Shown: positions 15,141 to 29,109 of the stretch, piece by piece
Layout: each line of letters begins with the position of its first letter
Numbering within the stretch: position 1 is the first letter of the stretch
From: the human T2T-CHM13v2.0 reference genome, Homo sapiens
NCBI RefSeq assembly: GCF_009914755.1
Contig: NC_060927.1
Direction: 5' to 3' (one strand)
DNA: 64,000 bases
The notes under the pieces: generated by a model
Database searches by the model: none
What the model saw: only the letters and a program-made list of their open reading frames with translations
What the model was told of the DNA's origin: nothing
Translations under genes and position numbers: made by a program

Positions 15141-16089
15141 TCATTAAGCATGGAGATGTTTTGCTACTGTTGAAGCTACTGTTTGTAGCCTTGATCCTGC
15201 ACAGTAGTTCACTTACAGCTTCCTACTATCTTACCCTACCCTCACTGCACTGCCATTCTAATGGGAAGATTCCCTGGAGCAAGGGGAGGAGCACTGGAAA
15301 AGCAAGTCCTAACAATACATGCCACGCAGTCGGCTTAGGCTGTTCCCTCCTCCTCAAATGCTTGTCCATAAGGCATCCTCTGTCCCTTTCCCCTGATCAG
15401 TGCCAACTTGTTCTTTAAAGCTCAGATTCCTGGCCCCACAGTCTGAACCAAAAATTCCCTTAGATGTTTTTATAGTAGCATACATCTTTTCTTCCCAGCA
15501 CTCATCTCACTTTGCAATTATATATTATTTGTATGAATATTTGATCACTGTCTATCTCCCAAGAAACGCTCAATGTCATAAATTCGCAGTACCAGGAACA
15601 CAGAGTAGGCATTCAACAGACATCATAGCTTAATAAAAAATTTGGCTTGTGGTTAAGCCAGGTTTCAGACACAGGACTGTGATAAAAGAGAAATTGTTCT
15701 TTGCTTTTCAAATTTACTTGCTGATTATTGCCATTTAGCCAGAGTAGAACTGATAACTGAAGACGTTTGTCATTACATCATGTCTGGCCTTTATTCCACG
15801 ACCTTATTTCTTCCCTTCTGCTCAGGAGAACATATTGTATAAGGTCAGCGAGATGGATCTGAAGCCCCAGTTTAGTGTCTTCCCTTGCCAAAAAAATCAC
15901 TTCTGTCTGGGGCACACACCTGCTTCTTCCTTCTGTGCCAGCTCTGTGAGGTGAGGCAAATTGGAGTCGCTCCTCTTTCCAGGATTGGTGGGACGAACAC
16001 CTCTAGCTTCTGTTCTCCATCAAACAGCAAGTAGTCAATGGGTACTTATTACAGTTGCAGCACAAGACCAAATGAAACAGGAAATGGAG

Positions 16090-16650
16090 TCACACCAGTC
16101 CTGAACCTAGGAGTCTACCTTGCCCCTCCCAGATCCCATCAATCAACAAATCTTGTCGATTTAAATTCCCAACCTTCTTTTCAATCAACCCACTTCCTTT
16201 GGTCTTCATCACCCAAGATCAAGCCACCATCTTCCTTTGCCTGTGTCTCCTAAGTGTCCCCGCATCCACGCTGGCCCTCTCCAGCTGTTTTCACTAGACC
16301 TACAGTGATAGGTTCAAGTGTAAAATCTCATCCTTTTGCCTTCCCTGAACCCTACACACTTGTTTAAACCCCTACAATGTTCTGCAATTGTTGTTGGAAA
16401 CATAGTTCATATCGTACCCCATGAGGCCCCACACGTTGGCCTACTCTTTTGGTCTTATCTTATGCCACTTTCACCCTACTCTCTGAGCTCCTGCCACTGT
16501 GGCCTTTAGTTTTCCTAAAGGATTGATGCTCCTACTCACCCATGAGCCTTTGCACATGCTGATCTCTCTACCATTAATGCACCTCCCATCCCCAATCCTT
16601 CAACTAGTTTATTCCTCCTGAATTTTCAATTATGACCTCAACTATCATTC
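16090..16650 (+). mobile_element. L2 fragment
   Basis: catcaatcaacaaatcttgtcgattt, gcctttgcacatgctg and other L2 3' motifs. Confidence 0.65.
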
Positions 16651-17064
16651 ATAAATGGCAGTTGGAATTTGAATCCAGGTCTTTGTGTCTCTAAAGTTAG
16701 TACTATTCCCACCACACTTGGCTTTTTCCCAGAAAAGTAATAAGATACGGTCAGCAATACACATGGACCACGTGCTAGTTCAAAACCTAGGAGATGTTTC
16801 TGGTCTAGGCTCTTTTCCAGGATCCACTTTTCTCCTAAGAATAGCAGCTCCTAGTCTAGGCATTCCTTTTTCCCTCCTGCGACATCATTTTCTCCATCCA
16901 GGAGTTTCTCTGTCTAGGATCATGGCAGGACAGAGGTTTAATGGAAAGAACACTAGATTGGGTGTCAAGTATATTGGGTCCAGGCACCAGCTGTGGTACT
17001 CACCAGCTGTGTGAACATGCTCAAGTGACATTACTTGAGCATAATGTCACTTAATACTACCTAG

Positions 17065-17237
17065 CCTACTCTCTGAGTTCCTGCCACTGTGGCCTTTAGT
17101 TTTCCTAAAGGAGTGATGCTCCTACTCACCCAGGAGCCTTTGCACATGCTGATCTCTCTATCATTAATGCACCTCCCATCCCCAATCCTTCAACTAGCTT
17201 ATTCCTCCTTCATTTTCAATTATGACCTCAACTATCA
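17065..17237 (+). repeat. Second copy of a 173-bp direct duplication (first copy 16475-16647)
   Basis: Ungapped alignment at offset 590 with 7 mismatches counted by eye. Confidence 0.95.
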
Positions 17238-17252
17238 CTTATACTTACATAA

Positions 17253-17650
17253 TGTGTTAATTTGGTTTTTCCAAGAAGTAGACACTAAGACTGGGTTAGA
17301 TGTGCAAGAAATTGAATGGGGAAATGCCTCTGAAGGTTAAAGGGGAGGAAGCAGGAGTGGCTGTTGAGTGACATCAGACTGCAATGCAGGTCTGACATCC
17401 ATGAAAGCATTGCGGGAAGGAAAGAGAATTGCACCTGGGTTATAAGAAAGGTTAGGCCAGGCTGACGGTTAGGCCAGATAGTGGAGGAATAGACCCCCAC
17501 TAGCATCACCTCCTGCAGCTGTCATTGCTAGGAGCAGCCTGGGGGAGGAATGAACTTGGTGTGAACTTGGGGGCGGGTCCAGGGGACACCAGCTGGGGAT
17601 GTGTCAATTATGATCCCCTTAGTGGGAGATGTGAGTGGCACATTGCCACA
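17253..17650 (-). mobile_element. ERVL LTR (LTR16-like) inserted in a MIR
   Basis: tg...ca ends; agaagtagacactaagac...gtgcaaga...ggggaggaagcagga...ctgcaatgcaggtctgaca. The MIR core resumes afterwards (gcctcagtttccttatctgcaaa). Confidence 0.6.
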
Positions 17651-18749
17651 CACAGCCTCAGTTTCCTTATCTGCAAATAAGGACTGTGTACTTAGTGATT
17701 CCTGGTGTGAATTTTAGCCCTGAAATTGTGAGCTTCTTCACTTGCTTCTATATCGTCTTGTTTAGCTTCTTCTAATTTTGAAGTACGTTTTTCTGGTAGT
17801 AACCAGGGAGACAAGAATAAACAACATAAACAAAAGGGATATTTTAATAAACCTGAAAAATAATTTCTGGGGTATTTTTTCTTTCCCTGATAAACTTTTA
17901 GTACAATCCTAAGGACTTCTTGTCTTAAGCATCCTTGAATCTCTAGGATTCTGCACAATAAATGCCATATCAGAGGTGCTACCTTACTCTTCCTTGATTA
18001 AATGACTGAAATAGAATAGAAGTGGGTCTGACTTAAGACACATTCATTCATTTAAATTTCTAGGCTTTTTGTTTTGGGAAAGAATGCCACACTGATCTGC
18101 TGTTTTCCTTGTTTTGGCAACTAGGGTTCCTAAATCCCTCTACTCAGGGGCATGTTCACCTCCCTTATTCTTGTTTCACAAATAAAAGGCTCAAGTAACA
18201 TTATTTGCCTATTAGAAAATCTCTTACCAATCCCCATGAGTTTTCCCCAGAAAAACAGTCTCTGATTGTCTCCTCACATATGGCCCCTATTCTCAAGGAA
18301 GTCACAGTCTAGTTGGAAGATAAGAAATGAATCAGTAACAAATGTGAGATACATCATAGTAAGGACTATGAACAGAGCTGCAGTTACTGCCAGACATTGT
18401 ATTATAAGGGCTTTACATAGTGGGGGGCCGATACTATAAATGAATAAAGGGAGTTGGATGTGACTCTTGGTACAGGACAGCCTGTGCCTCAGCTGAGTGA
18501 GTGGGAAGAAGGGCAGCCATCATTCTGTTGCAGCTGATTTCTGCTAGGGGGAAATGCAGGTCCAGTGTTGCAAATCTTCCTTTTTTAGCAGAGAAAAGAA
18601 GCAGGAAATCAGAATTTAGATATAAAAATTTTTCGTTTTATAACAATGAGTACTAATTTTAAAAATTTAAAAACATGATGCAGGCAGAAGAAACATATTT
18701 GTTAAACACATCTGGACCATGGACATATGAGGGCCTTATTGAATAAACA

Positions 18750-19080
18750 ACATCATTGAATTATCACTAAGTGCTGAATATAGACTTCAAGTATTGGGGA
18801 AGGTGAGTAGAGGAATCAATAGTTAGGTCAGAGAAAGCTTGATAGAAGTGACTAGTACTGAAGGTGATCCTTAAGAAATGAATATCATTTAGATAGGCAG
18901 AAGGAAAAGAGCATTTTGGGCAGAAGAAAGATGTGTGAGATGAAGTTCTGACTAGAAGGAAGGAGCAAGGCACTTTTCCAGTGATGAAGGAATTAGGACT
19001 GGAAAGATCGAGTTGGAAAAAAATTAAAGAGGACATTGTTATTGTAGCCTGCAGAACATCATATTTGGAACTGAAGTTCT
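18750..19080 (-). mobile_element. L2 fragment
   Basis: cactaagtgctg...ggtcagagaaagctt...agataggcagaaggaaaagagcatt, reverse L2 3' region. Confidence 0.5.
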
Positions 19081-19374
19081 GGAAGCACCTATCATACATG
19101 GGCTAGCCAAATCCTAAGGGATGGAAGGGTGGGGCAAATCTGAAGCAGTTGGAGATATTGAAATGGAGAAAAGGTGTCTTTCTGCCTGAGTTTTGAAGGA
19201 GCAGGATATGAGGCTATGCTGAAAGGAAAGGCCCCCTGCACTCAAGATGCACAGCCAACATTTGTCAAACTTAATTAAACCCAGGGCAACAGGGCATGGT
19301 AGACAAATTGTACCCTGGGATTGTTTAACAACCTACTTCAAGTTTATCAATCAAGTGTTTTAGCAGCAAAGAGT

Positions 19375-19510
19375 GAAGAAAGAGGTGGGCAAAATGCAGA
19401 AGAGGGAGAAGAAGAGAGGGAGAAGAAACAGAAGAAAACATATGGAGGGATAGGGTGGAAGGGAGAGGAGGCTAGAGAAGGAGGGAGAAGAAAGGAGGGA
19501 TGGGGAGAGA
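19375..19510. repeat. Purine-rich low-complexity tract
   Basis: Mostly G/A on plus. Confidence 0.8.
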
Positions 19511-22214
19511 GGTTGATTAGTGTGGGTCACTTTAGTGGCCATTCTGGTAAACAAGCGCATGTCCTAGGTGACCATGAGTGCTGAAGCAGCCATAGGCTGA
19601 TATTGCAGCTGAGTTTCATTCCCCATTGCTTCTCTTGCATGAGGTTCTTGCCCTGCTAAGTGTGATTTTACACAATGGCTACTAAAATAAAAAACAAATT
19701 AATTCATCTCATGTCCAAATGAAGAAATAGCAATCTGTTCCAACCCTGGAGGAAAATCTGGTTATGTTGAACCTACTGAGAATGGTATGTTGATCTCCAA
19801 TGTAAGATTTTCAAAGTTAATTTTGACTCAAAATGCTTCTTTTTTTTAATGTAAGGATTTAGAACACAATCCCTTTATGGATCACAGCTCCACTGAGGAA
19901 TAGAATGCTCACTTTAATTGAGCCATCTACGGAAACCTACCATTCTGGTAAGCTGTCCGTCACATGCAGACAGCAACTGGCCCAAAGTCAGCACCCAATA
20001 CTTTCATGAGAAATCGAATCTGCAGGGAAATAAGAGAGGCAAAGGAGAAATAACTACTTGAGAGAGAGGAAGGCTGAGGCCAGGTCAATAGATTTAAGAG
20101 GATTTACTCCAGCCCAGCTGAGAGGAGGCAGTGACAGGTCTCAGAGAGCCCTACAGACCAGGAGAGCTTTGCCAGCTTGTCTAGTGCCACTGACAAGAGG
20201 CAGAGAAGAGCCGCTGGGGAGTGAGCCCATCCATCATTTAGGACAGTAACCGCCGGCACTGAGTGCCTAGGAGAGGTAAAGGAGCCATTTCCAAAGAAGA
20301 AAATGCACTCTCTGGGGAAAGAAAAATACGAAGAGGAGATTTTACTTTTCAGGGGGAATAATGCATGTTGGTTAAAAATAATACAGTTTGATGGCTCGGG
20401 CTGTTTGTTATGCATCCCACTGTCAGTTTACGCAGATTTCATCCCTCTCACTGCTCTGTCGAGCAGGAAGGCAGCCAGAGCCTTCCTCAAAGTTGATAGC
20501 ACGGAACTTCTTCCACCTGCCAGTTACTGTGACCTTAGAAATGCAGCGGACTCCATCGTGCACATGCAAGCAACTGAATCGTAAGGAACACAACACAATA
20601 TTTTCATCACCAGAAGATGTACTGTGTATTGACTTCTTAAGTCACTTCAAACAAGCAGGAGAGAAAAAGCCTGTGTAGACAGAGCCAAGTAGAGGAGATA
20701 GAACAAGTCCATAAGTGTCAGAGGTGGAGAATTTTACATTTTGTTAAGTCCTGGGTTGCTATACCTAGTTTTGAAAAAAGTAAAATAATTAGTTTCTAGA
20801 ATGATAATAACATGTATCATTCTATAAACTATCATTAATGATAATAACATGTAGCACAGATCACATGTACTGTTGGATTGGAAATGTTCTGTAATGAACA
20901 CCACTCTCCATTGTAAGGGCACACTGTACCGAATGAGTTAAGAACAACCAAGAACGAATGAATAAACAGAACAGTGAAGAAGAGAACACCTTCACTCATT
21001 TGCCTGCTATGAATGCATGCATCCTTTAAATTCCAGCTTAAATGCCACCCACTTAGCCAAGATTTATCCTGTCTTCCTCTTTGAGGTTTATTGCTTTGAT
21101 TTTGTATGTTCCTGTCTCCTGTATAAGCCTGCCTATACCTTTATTAAAACACTTTTAGAAGTTCTACTTTTGACTTAATTTTTCTCTTGTCAGTTTTCTT
21201 TCCTATTGGTGTACTCCCTGAGACACAGTCTGAGTAATTAAAAAATATATTCTGTGCCCATTCCTTGGTATGAGAAGTGTGGCAGTGCTCTTTATATATT
21301 TTGTGAATGATTTAATGAGTGCATTTTTTTTTATAAAGAAGGAGACCGATCCATAGTCAAAGCATTGTCCTCTTACTTACCAGTAAAGACACTGAATTCT
21401 ATGATCAGCCATTCAAAAAAGTATTCAGGTCTTGTTTATCTACTTTTTATTTTTTATTAATCCTGCTCATTGGGCTAACTAAAACAACAGATCTCTTATT
21501 TGACCTCAATTAAAGAACACAGTTTGGAGAGACAGTGGTCTAATGGAAGTAAATGTTCAGAATGACTATTATTTTATTGAATCCCTTTTTCTTCACTGGG
21601 GCTTCATAATTGGTGCTCCCACTAATGGTATTTCTTGTTTGGGTTCTCAAAGAAAAACAAACAACTTAAAATAGACAGACACGGTGGAAAGTTTCTCTAG
21701 ATTCTCAGATGCCAGTTTGCCCCAGAGAGTGACGCTCAGATGGATGTGACATGGAGAAGCAATTGTGAACTCTTCCCATGAGAAACGAATGTTTCTGTGT
21801 TAAGGGCTCAGAGCGATGAAAATGAATCCTTTTAGGGAGACTCACATTTTTAAAAAATGTGTAGACAAAATGAATATAGAACTCTTTACCAAATCCTACG
21901 CTCAGTTAATCATAAGTTTGCAGCCCATATGCAGGGTTTTTCATCTTCAAAAAGAAACCTTGCTGCTGGATTTTAGAAATATGTCTGTTTTAAAAGAGAA
22001 ATTGTAAGGAAGGGTTTTCTAGCACAGTCATGCATATAAATGTCGTCCTCTCTTGGTCTAAAAAGTCTAGTTTCTGTGTCCCAGAAAAGTTTTGTATGCC
22101 TATTTTACTGTAGAATTATTCTGTTATTACGGTTGTTGTTATTGTCAGTCTTTTCAGCACCATCCACCCTTCTTCTGAGACCAGAATGCCTCTTTTCAAT
22201 AGGGAATCTCTTTC

Positions 22215-22700
22215 ATCTCGTTTGGGTGTAGAGAAAGCCTTTTGGCCATGTGGCATGAAAGATATGCTCCCTCTCCAGTGTGATCCAGCCCCAGCCAATC
22301 AGAACTCTATCGTACTTGGTGGTTGGGATAGGCACGGGACTTAGAGAGCATCAGTTGCAAGTTTCTCTGAGACTTGCTGTATGGGTGCTTGAAGAAAGAG
22401 ACTTTGTCTTCCTTTTGAATCATCAGTCATGATGACATAGGCTTGAGTTGATCAGACACCACATCACCCTACAGATGAAACTAACCTGCTAGAGAACAAA
22501 GTAAACACATAGAGATGAGGAGAGTTGAGAGACAGAAAAAGAGTCAAAACCCTGAGGATGCCATATAGGTTTCTGTATCCAGTTGACTTTGAGATTTATT
22601 TAATCCTGTACATCATAGTTATGTGAGTCAATACATGCTTTTTTTTGCTAAGTAAATTCGACTTTAGATTCTGTGATATGCCGCACAAAGAGATCTAATC
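22215..22700 (+). mobile_element. Old MaLR LTR (MLT1J/K-like)
   Basis: agccaatcagaa...gagagttgagagacaga...gttatgtgagtcaataca...tttgctaag. Confidence 0.6.
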
Positions 22701-22989
22701 AATAATCCATATTATGAATATGGATTAATCAATAACCCATTTTATAAAAGCTGCAATAGTGAGACTCTGAATACTCTCAGTGGACCCTGACATCTTTACC
22801 TTTTGGTCATGCTGTTCTTTGTTTGAAATCTATGGTTCAGTTCAAGTTCCATTTCTCCCATGAGCTTCTAGCCTTCATTTTGAGGGAACCTCTTACATAG
22901 GACATCCTATCCATGCAAGAATTTCTCAAACTGGAATTCAAGAAACCCTAGGATACTTAAGGTATTCAGATGAAGTTTTTATTTTAATT

Positions 22990-23300
22990 CCTTATTCTGT
23001 GTTAACTATTTATTGAGCACTTACTTCGTGCCAGGCACAATGATATGTACTGAGAATAGAAAAATGAACAAGACAGACAAGATTTTTGACCTAGCTCATA
23101 TTCTAGTAAGGAATGTGCAGTGGGTAATAATAAATAAATATCTAGTGATAGGAATACATAAAGAAGTAAGCAAGCAAATTTCAGAAGGTGATAAATGCTG
23201 TGAAGAAGATTAAATAGGATTGTGTGTTTGAGAGATTGTGGGGAGAAGGTCTATTTTAGACAGGATGGATCTGATGTTTGAATGTATTTAAGTAAAGATT
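22990..23300 (-). mobile_element. L2 3' end
   Basis: tttattgagcacttacttcgtgccaggcac...gaacaagacagacaag...gataaatgctgtgaaga. Confidence 0.75.
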
Positions 23301-23354
23301 ATAATAAACATAACAAACAACAGTAGGAGGAAGTAATACTTTTTTCTTCTAAAA

Positions 23355-24560
23355 TGCTTAATATAGAGTTACAGTACCCTTATAATCTAGCAGTTTCACT
23401 CCTAGGTATCTATCCAAGAGAACTGAAGGCACCACACAAATATGTGTACACAAATGTTCACAGCAGCATTATTCACAATAGCCTATATGTGGAAACAACC
23501 TAAATGTCCATAAAATGACGAATGGATACATAAAATGTGGTATAGTCATGTGATGAAATATTATTTGGCAATGAAGAGTGGCACCCCATAATATGCCATA
23601 ATATGCCTTTTTGACATAAAGATTATTTTGAGCTAAAGGCACTTGAGAAACAGCAGATGCAAGAAAGGCATTCTGATCTACTCCTTTCTTCCTGAAAACA
23701 GGCCATAGAAACTCCTGTGTGAAAGATGTCCTCACTGTACCAGCAGAAAGCAAAGCATTCTTTGACAGGGAGTTACAGCAGAAAGAGTTCTGTGCACGTG
23801 GGCCTTGTTAAAAATAATTCTTATCTTCCTTTAGCCTCCCTGTATGGCTTAGCCACTTTTCTACCATTGCCTGTCTTTGTTACACCTAGCGTAAAAGCAT
23901 CTAGGTTTTGCCAGTTCTTTGGGTCTTCATTTCCTTATAAGGTCTCTTGTGTCACATAAAACGTATGTAAGTGCTTTTCTCTTGTTTATCTGTCTGATGT
24001 CAATTTAATTCTCATGTCCAGCCAAAAATCCTAAAAGGGTAGAGGTAAAATTTTCCCTCCCCTATAGCAATAAAAGGGAATGAAGTACTGATGTGCGCTA
24101 CAACATGGATGAACTTTGAAACATTATGCTAAGTGAAAAGTCAGTCACGAAAGGTCGTATGTTGTAGGATTTCATCTATGTGAAATGCTCGCAATAGGCA
24201 AATCTATAGTGACAGAAAGTAGATTAGTGGTTGCCCGGGGCTGGTGCAAGGTTAAGAATGGAGAGTGACTGTTAATGGTATGGGGTTTCTTTTTGAGGTG
24301 ATGGAAGTGTTTTGGAATTAGACAATGGTTACGGTTACACAAATCTGTCATTTGTGCTATAACAAATCTATATTATACCATCTGTCATAGTGCAGTCTAC
24401 ACTATGCTAAAAGCTGTACAGAGTATACTGTAAACTACTAACCTGTTCACCTTAGTTTTTCCTTTTGCAAGCCAAGAACTTGTATCCTGTACATTTTAAA
24501 TGGGTGAATTTTATGGTATGTGATTTTCTTAATGAAGCTGTAAAAAATGTACCAAAAAAG
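23355..24560 (+). mobile_element. L1MB 3' end, split by an LTR
   Basis: ctcctaggtatctatccaagagaactgaa...cagcagcattattcacaatagcc...gacagaaagtagattagtggttgcc...ggggtttctttttgaggtgatgg. Confidence 0.85.
23572..24066 (+). mobile_element. ERV1 solo LTR (MER34/MER39-like)
   Basis: aatatgcc...gattattttgagctaaaggca...; ends tttccctccctata. Perfect 4-bp TSD gcaa (23568-23571, 24067-24070). Confidence 0.8.
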
Positions 24561-24822
24561 GGAATTTTGTTTTATTCAGGGTTGAGAGACACTGATATAC
24601 AGTTCTACTTCATTTGCTTAATCAAATATTATCTTGTGTTGTTACTTTGAGTTTCCTAGGATTATGTCTTTTATACTTAACTAGATTGTAAAGTTCTTGA
24701 GCAGTAAGAATTGTGCTTTTCAATTCTTTAGCGCTATCCCAGAGGTATTCACACAACACGGTCTCATTAAATTTATGCTTACTGGTGGATTATCTGATAA
24801 AAGGCAGCAAGGAGCATGAGCC

Positions 24823-25212
24823 TGTATTAGTTTTCCAGGACTGCCGTAATAATGTGCCACAATCTGAGTAGCTTAAGCAGCAGAAATTTATTGTCTTATA
24901 ATTCTGGAGGCTAGAAAGCTGAACCTGAGGGTCAGCAGGGTGAGTTCCTTTTGAGGACTGTGAAGGAAATATCTGTTCCAAACTGTCTTCACACTCACAT
25001 GGCATTCCCCCTGTATATGTAGGCTGTCTTTGTGTTCAAATTTCCCCTTTCTATAAGGACGTCAGTCCCACTGAGTTAGGGAATACCCTGGCATCATCTT
25101 AACTTGATTTCTTCTGTAAAGACCCTATCTCCCGCTAAAGTCACATCCCGAGGTATTGGAGGTTAGGACACCAGCATATCTTTTTTGAGGGGACACAATT
25201 CAACCTCTGACA
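24823..25212 (-). mobile_element. MaLR solo LTR (MLT1B-like, 390 bp)
   Basis: tgtattag...ggggacacaattcaacctctgaca; 5-bp TSD gagcc/gagtc. Confidence 0.85.
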
Positions 25213-26359
25213 GAGTCAAATTTCAATTTCTATTAAGATTCTCACCCATCAAGCTCATGACTTTGTAAATTCCCCACAGCTCCCAGGCCAGAGCATTTCA
25301 GCCACGCAACCAGTAGTGACCATCCTAAAGCTATTATTAAATCTCCAAAGTTGAACAGAAAATGTCTCGCTCTGGTGAGCAGGCTGCAACTCAGCCTTTC
25401 TGCTGGGACTTTCTTATTCTGCAGTCCACTACTTTGCCCTATCATCGGATGAATCCATTTGCCTTAGCCTTATTCTTATGTCCACCGATTTCTTAATGTC
25501 AAATAAAAGGGCAAACCAAGTGAGGCGCTCAATTTTTCTGAAAGGTACAAAGCATTACTGATTCCCAAATCACTGGTGGTAGGCCAGTCTAAAAGAGTAA
25601 AAGTCCTGGAAAAATAATTAAATGTACACAAAATTCAAACTGGATTAAATCTGTGTGTTATGTCCATATACTCAGCATATATAACTATCTATCCAGGACT
25701 AGGTAAAAAACATTGTCTGAAATAGACCCTTCTTTAAGAAATAGATCAACATAGCTTTTAATTGGTCTCCCATTTGTTTTATTTAACTAATGAGCCTAAA
25801 AAAGTCTTGAAAACAGAGGGAGGTTTTTTGTTTGTTTCTCATAATCAGGAAAATATTCACCTTTAAATCTTCTTCCATTCTTTATTTGGATAAAAAAGAA
25901 TGTTTGCAGAGATAAGGGTCTCAATTGTGGTAGGAATTTTGACTTGGAAGTCAGAACATCCAAGTCCTCTTCCTGGATCTGTCCCAGATTATGTAGAAAA
26001 TGTGGGCATGCCTCTCAGCTACCCAGAGCCTTATTTTTTCATCATTAAAAAGAAAATGATACTACGTAAACAGCTCACAGGATTGGTATTAACAACCAGT
26101 TAACTCTACCCCGAAGCAACAGCAATTTGGTAGGGCTTGCAGCAGATGTTTAACTGATCACTATTTATATCTAAAATAATCTTAAAAAGTACCTGGCACA
26201 GAGTAGATGCTTCATAAATATTTTCCAAATGCATGAAAAATTATGAATACATCTTTAGCAAAAATGTTGTCTTAAATTACCTCAAAAATGTTAAATTTTA
26301 AAATCAAAACTTTGATTAAAAATAAACTATTATTCAAAAGAAACTGAAAAAAAACCCCA

Positions 26360-27575
26360 AAAAGTATATTGCTATTCACATCTGATAAGGGATTAATATC
26401 CAGAATATACAGAAAACTCTTAAAACTCAACAGCAACAAAAAACCCAAGTCAAAATACGCAAAGGACTTAATAGACATTTCTCCAAAAAACATATACTAA
26501 TGGCCAATAAGAACAAAACAAGATGTTCAACATCACTAATCATTAGGAAAACAAAAATTTAAACTACAATGAAATGTTATCTCATACTCATTAGGATGGC
26601 TACTATATATAAATAAATAAAGTAACAAGTGTTAGTGAGGATGTAGAGAAATTGGAATTCTTGTGCAATCTCGGTGGGAATATAAACTGGTACAGCCAGT
26701 GTGGAAAACAGTGTGATGGTTCCTCAAAAAAATAAAAATATAATTACCATATGGTCAGCAATTCCACTTCTTCCAACAGAATGAAAAATGGGCTCTTGAA
26801 GAGATATTTGCATAGCCGTGATCATAGCAGTATTACTCACAATAGCTAAAACATGGAAGAAACCCAAGTGTCCATCAACAGATGAATGGATAAGCAAAAT
26901 ATGGTCTATACCTACAATAAAATACTATTTAGCCTTAAAAGGGAAGGAAATTCTGACATATGCTACAACATGAATGAACCTTGAAGATATCATGCTAAAT
27001 GAAATTAGCCAGTTACCAAAAGCCAAGTACTGTATTGTTCCATTTACATGAGGTCCTTGGAGCAGTCAAAATCAGACACACGCCACGCACTGTGGCTCAC
27101 GCCTGTAATCCTAGCATGCTGGGAGGCCGAGGTGGGTGGATCACCTGAGCTCAGGACAGGCAACTTGGTGAAACCCTGTCTTTACAAAAATACAAAAATT
27201 AGCTGGGTGTGCTGGCCTGTGCCTGTAGTCCCAGCTACTCAGGAGGCTAAAGTGGGAAGGTCACTTGAGTCTGGGAGGTCGAAGCTGCAGTAAGCTCTGA
27301 CCCTGCCACTGCACTCCAGCCTGGGCAACAGAGCAAGACTCTGTCTCAAAAAGCAAAAAGCAAAAAACATTGAGACAAAAAGGGGCTGTAGGGAGGAATA
27401 AATGTGGAATTATTTTTTAATAGGTATAGAGTTTCAGCTTTAAAAGATGAAAAGAGTCCTGAAGATGGATGGTGGTGATGGTTCCCTAACATTAAGAATG
27501 TATTTAATACTACTAAGCTGTACACTTAAAAATGGTTCAGATGGTAAATTTCATATTATGTGTCTTTTAACATAA
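26360..27575 (+). mobile_element. L1MB 3' end, split by an Alu
   Basis: ctgataagggattaatatccagaatat...gtgtccatcaacagatgaatgga...gatggatggtggtgatgg...tgtacacttaaaaatgg. Confidence 0.88.
27081..27367 (+). mobile_element. AluJ-like, small left-arm deletion
   Basis: Dimer with degenerate A tail (caaaaag repeats). Confidence 0.9.
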
Positions 27576-27904
27576 TAGACACAATTGGAAAAACTGTATT
27601 GGTATTTTTGAAACTTCCTGTGGATTTGCAATCATTTGAGAATAAAATATTCAAAACAATGCAAAAAGTTTTAGCAAAATTGAAATATTCCCAAGGAATG
27701 TGTTTCTAAAGAAAATGTTAGCTGTCATGTGTAGTAAGCATTGAAAAGTATGAGAATTTGTGGTTTCAGACAAGTGTGGCTGCCTCAACAGGACAGGTAC
27801 AAAGAGGTATGAAGGAGAGGTAATAACAAAAAACAAAACAAACACACTTCAATACACATGCACACACACACATAATGTACATATCCATACACACACTGAA
27901 ATAA

Positions 27905-28263
<359 letters not shown>

Positions 28264-29109
28264 CAGGATACTTTTTAATATTAAAAAAATTAATTAGTTC
28301 TTTTATATGATCAGTAAGTCAGGCTATGATAGGATTCAACTTAGAAGGCAAAAGGTTTTATCTGCTGCTAATTTTACATTCAGAGTATTTAGGGAGGAGT
28401 TTTGACTGCTCAGTTGTATAATGTAGAACTCACTCAAGACATAAAATTTACAGAAAAAAAATTGTTATTTTTTTCAAGGGTTAATTTTTCCTGGTGGTTT
28501 TGTTTCAATTACAAGAGAATTGCAAATGCTGAAAGTTACAATGTGTTGTTGCTACAAATGCCTTTGTCAAGAACACACTGTAAGAGCATTTAATTATCCA
28601 TTTTTTTCAAATAAGTTCAGTAGTGTGGGAAGCATTATGTAGGTTATTATTTTTCCCCACTTATAAGCTTTTTTCTTCTTAGTTACATAAAACATTTTAA
28701 CACCTGCAAAAAATGGGTAAAGCTCTTTGAGCAGCTCAAGCTTACAGATGGGCTCAGGCAAGTGATCTCTCTACACTGGTATTTATTTTGTGGTGAACTG
28801 TTACTATCTTTTGGAGAAGCCATTAGACTTAAGATTTTATGTGAATAAGAGGCTGTAAAATGGGGCAAATCCATGTTTCCAGACTTGGACCTTTTGAATT
28901 AATTGAGCAAACATTTACTGGTATTGATTATATATCCACCAAATAATGTAAATCACACCTGTGATAGGTACCTGAAGGAAAGTCATATAGCACCACAGGG
29001 CATATTATTAATTGGAAAGAGCGAGGCAGTACCTTGTATCGGAGATTTCTATGAGGAAAGGAAGGCTTGAGCCCAGATCCAAAGAATGAGTAAGAGTTAA
29101 CTAGACGTT

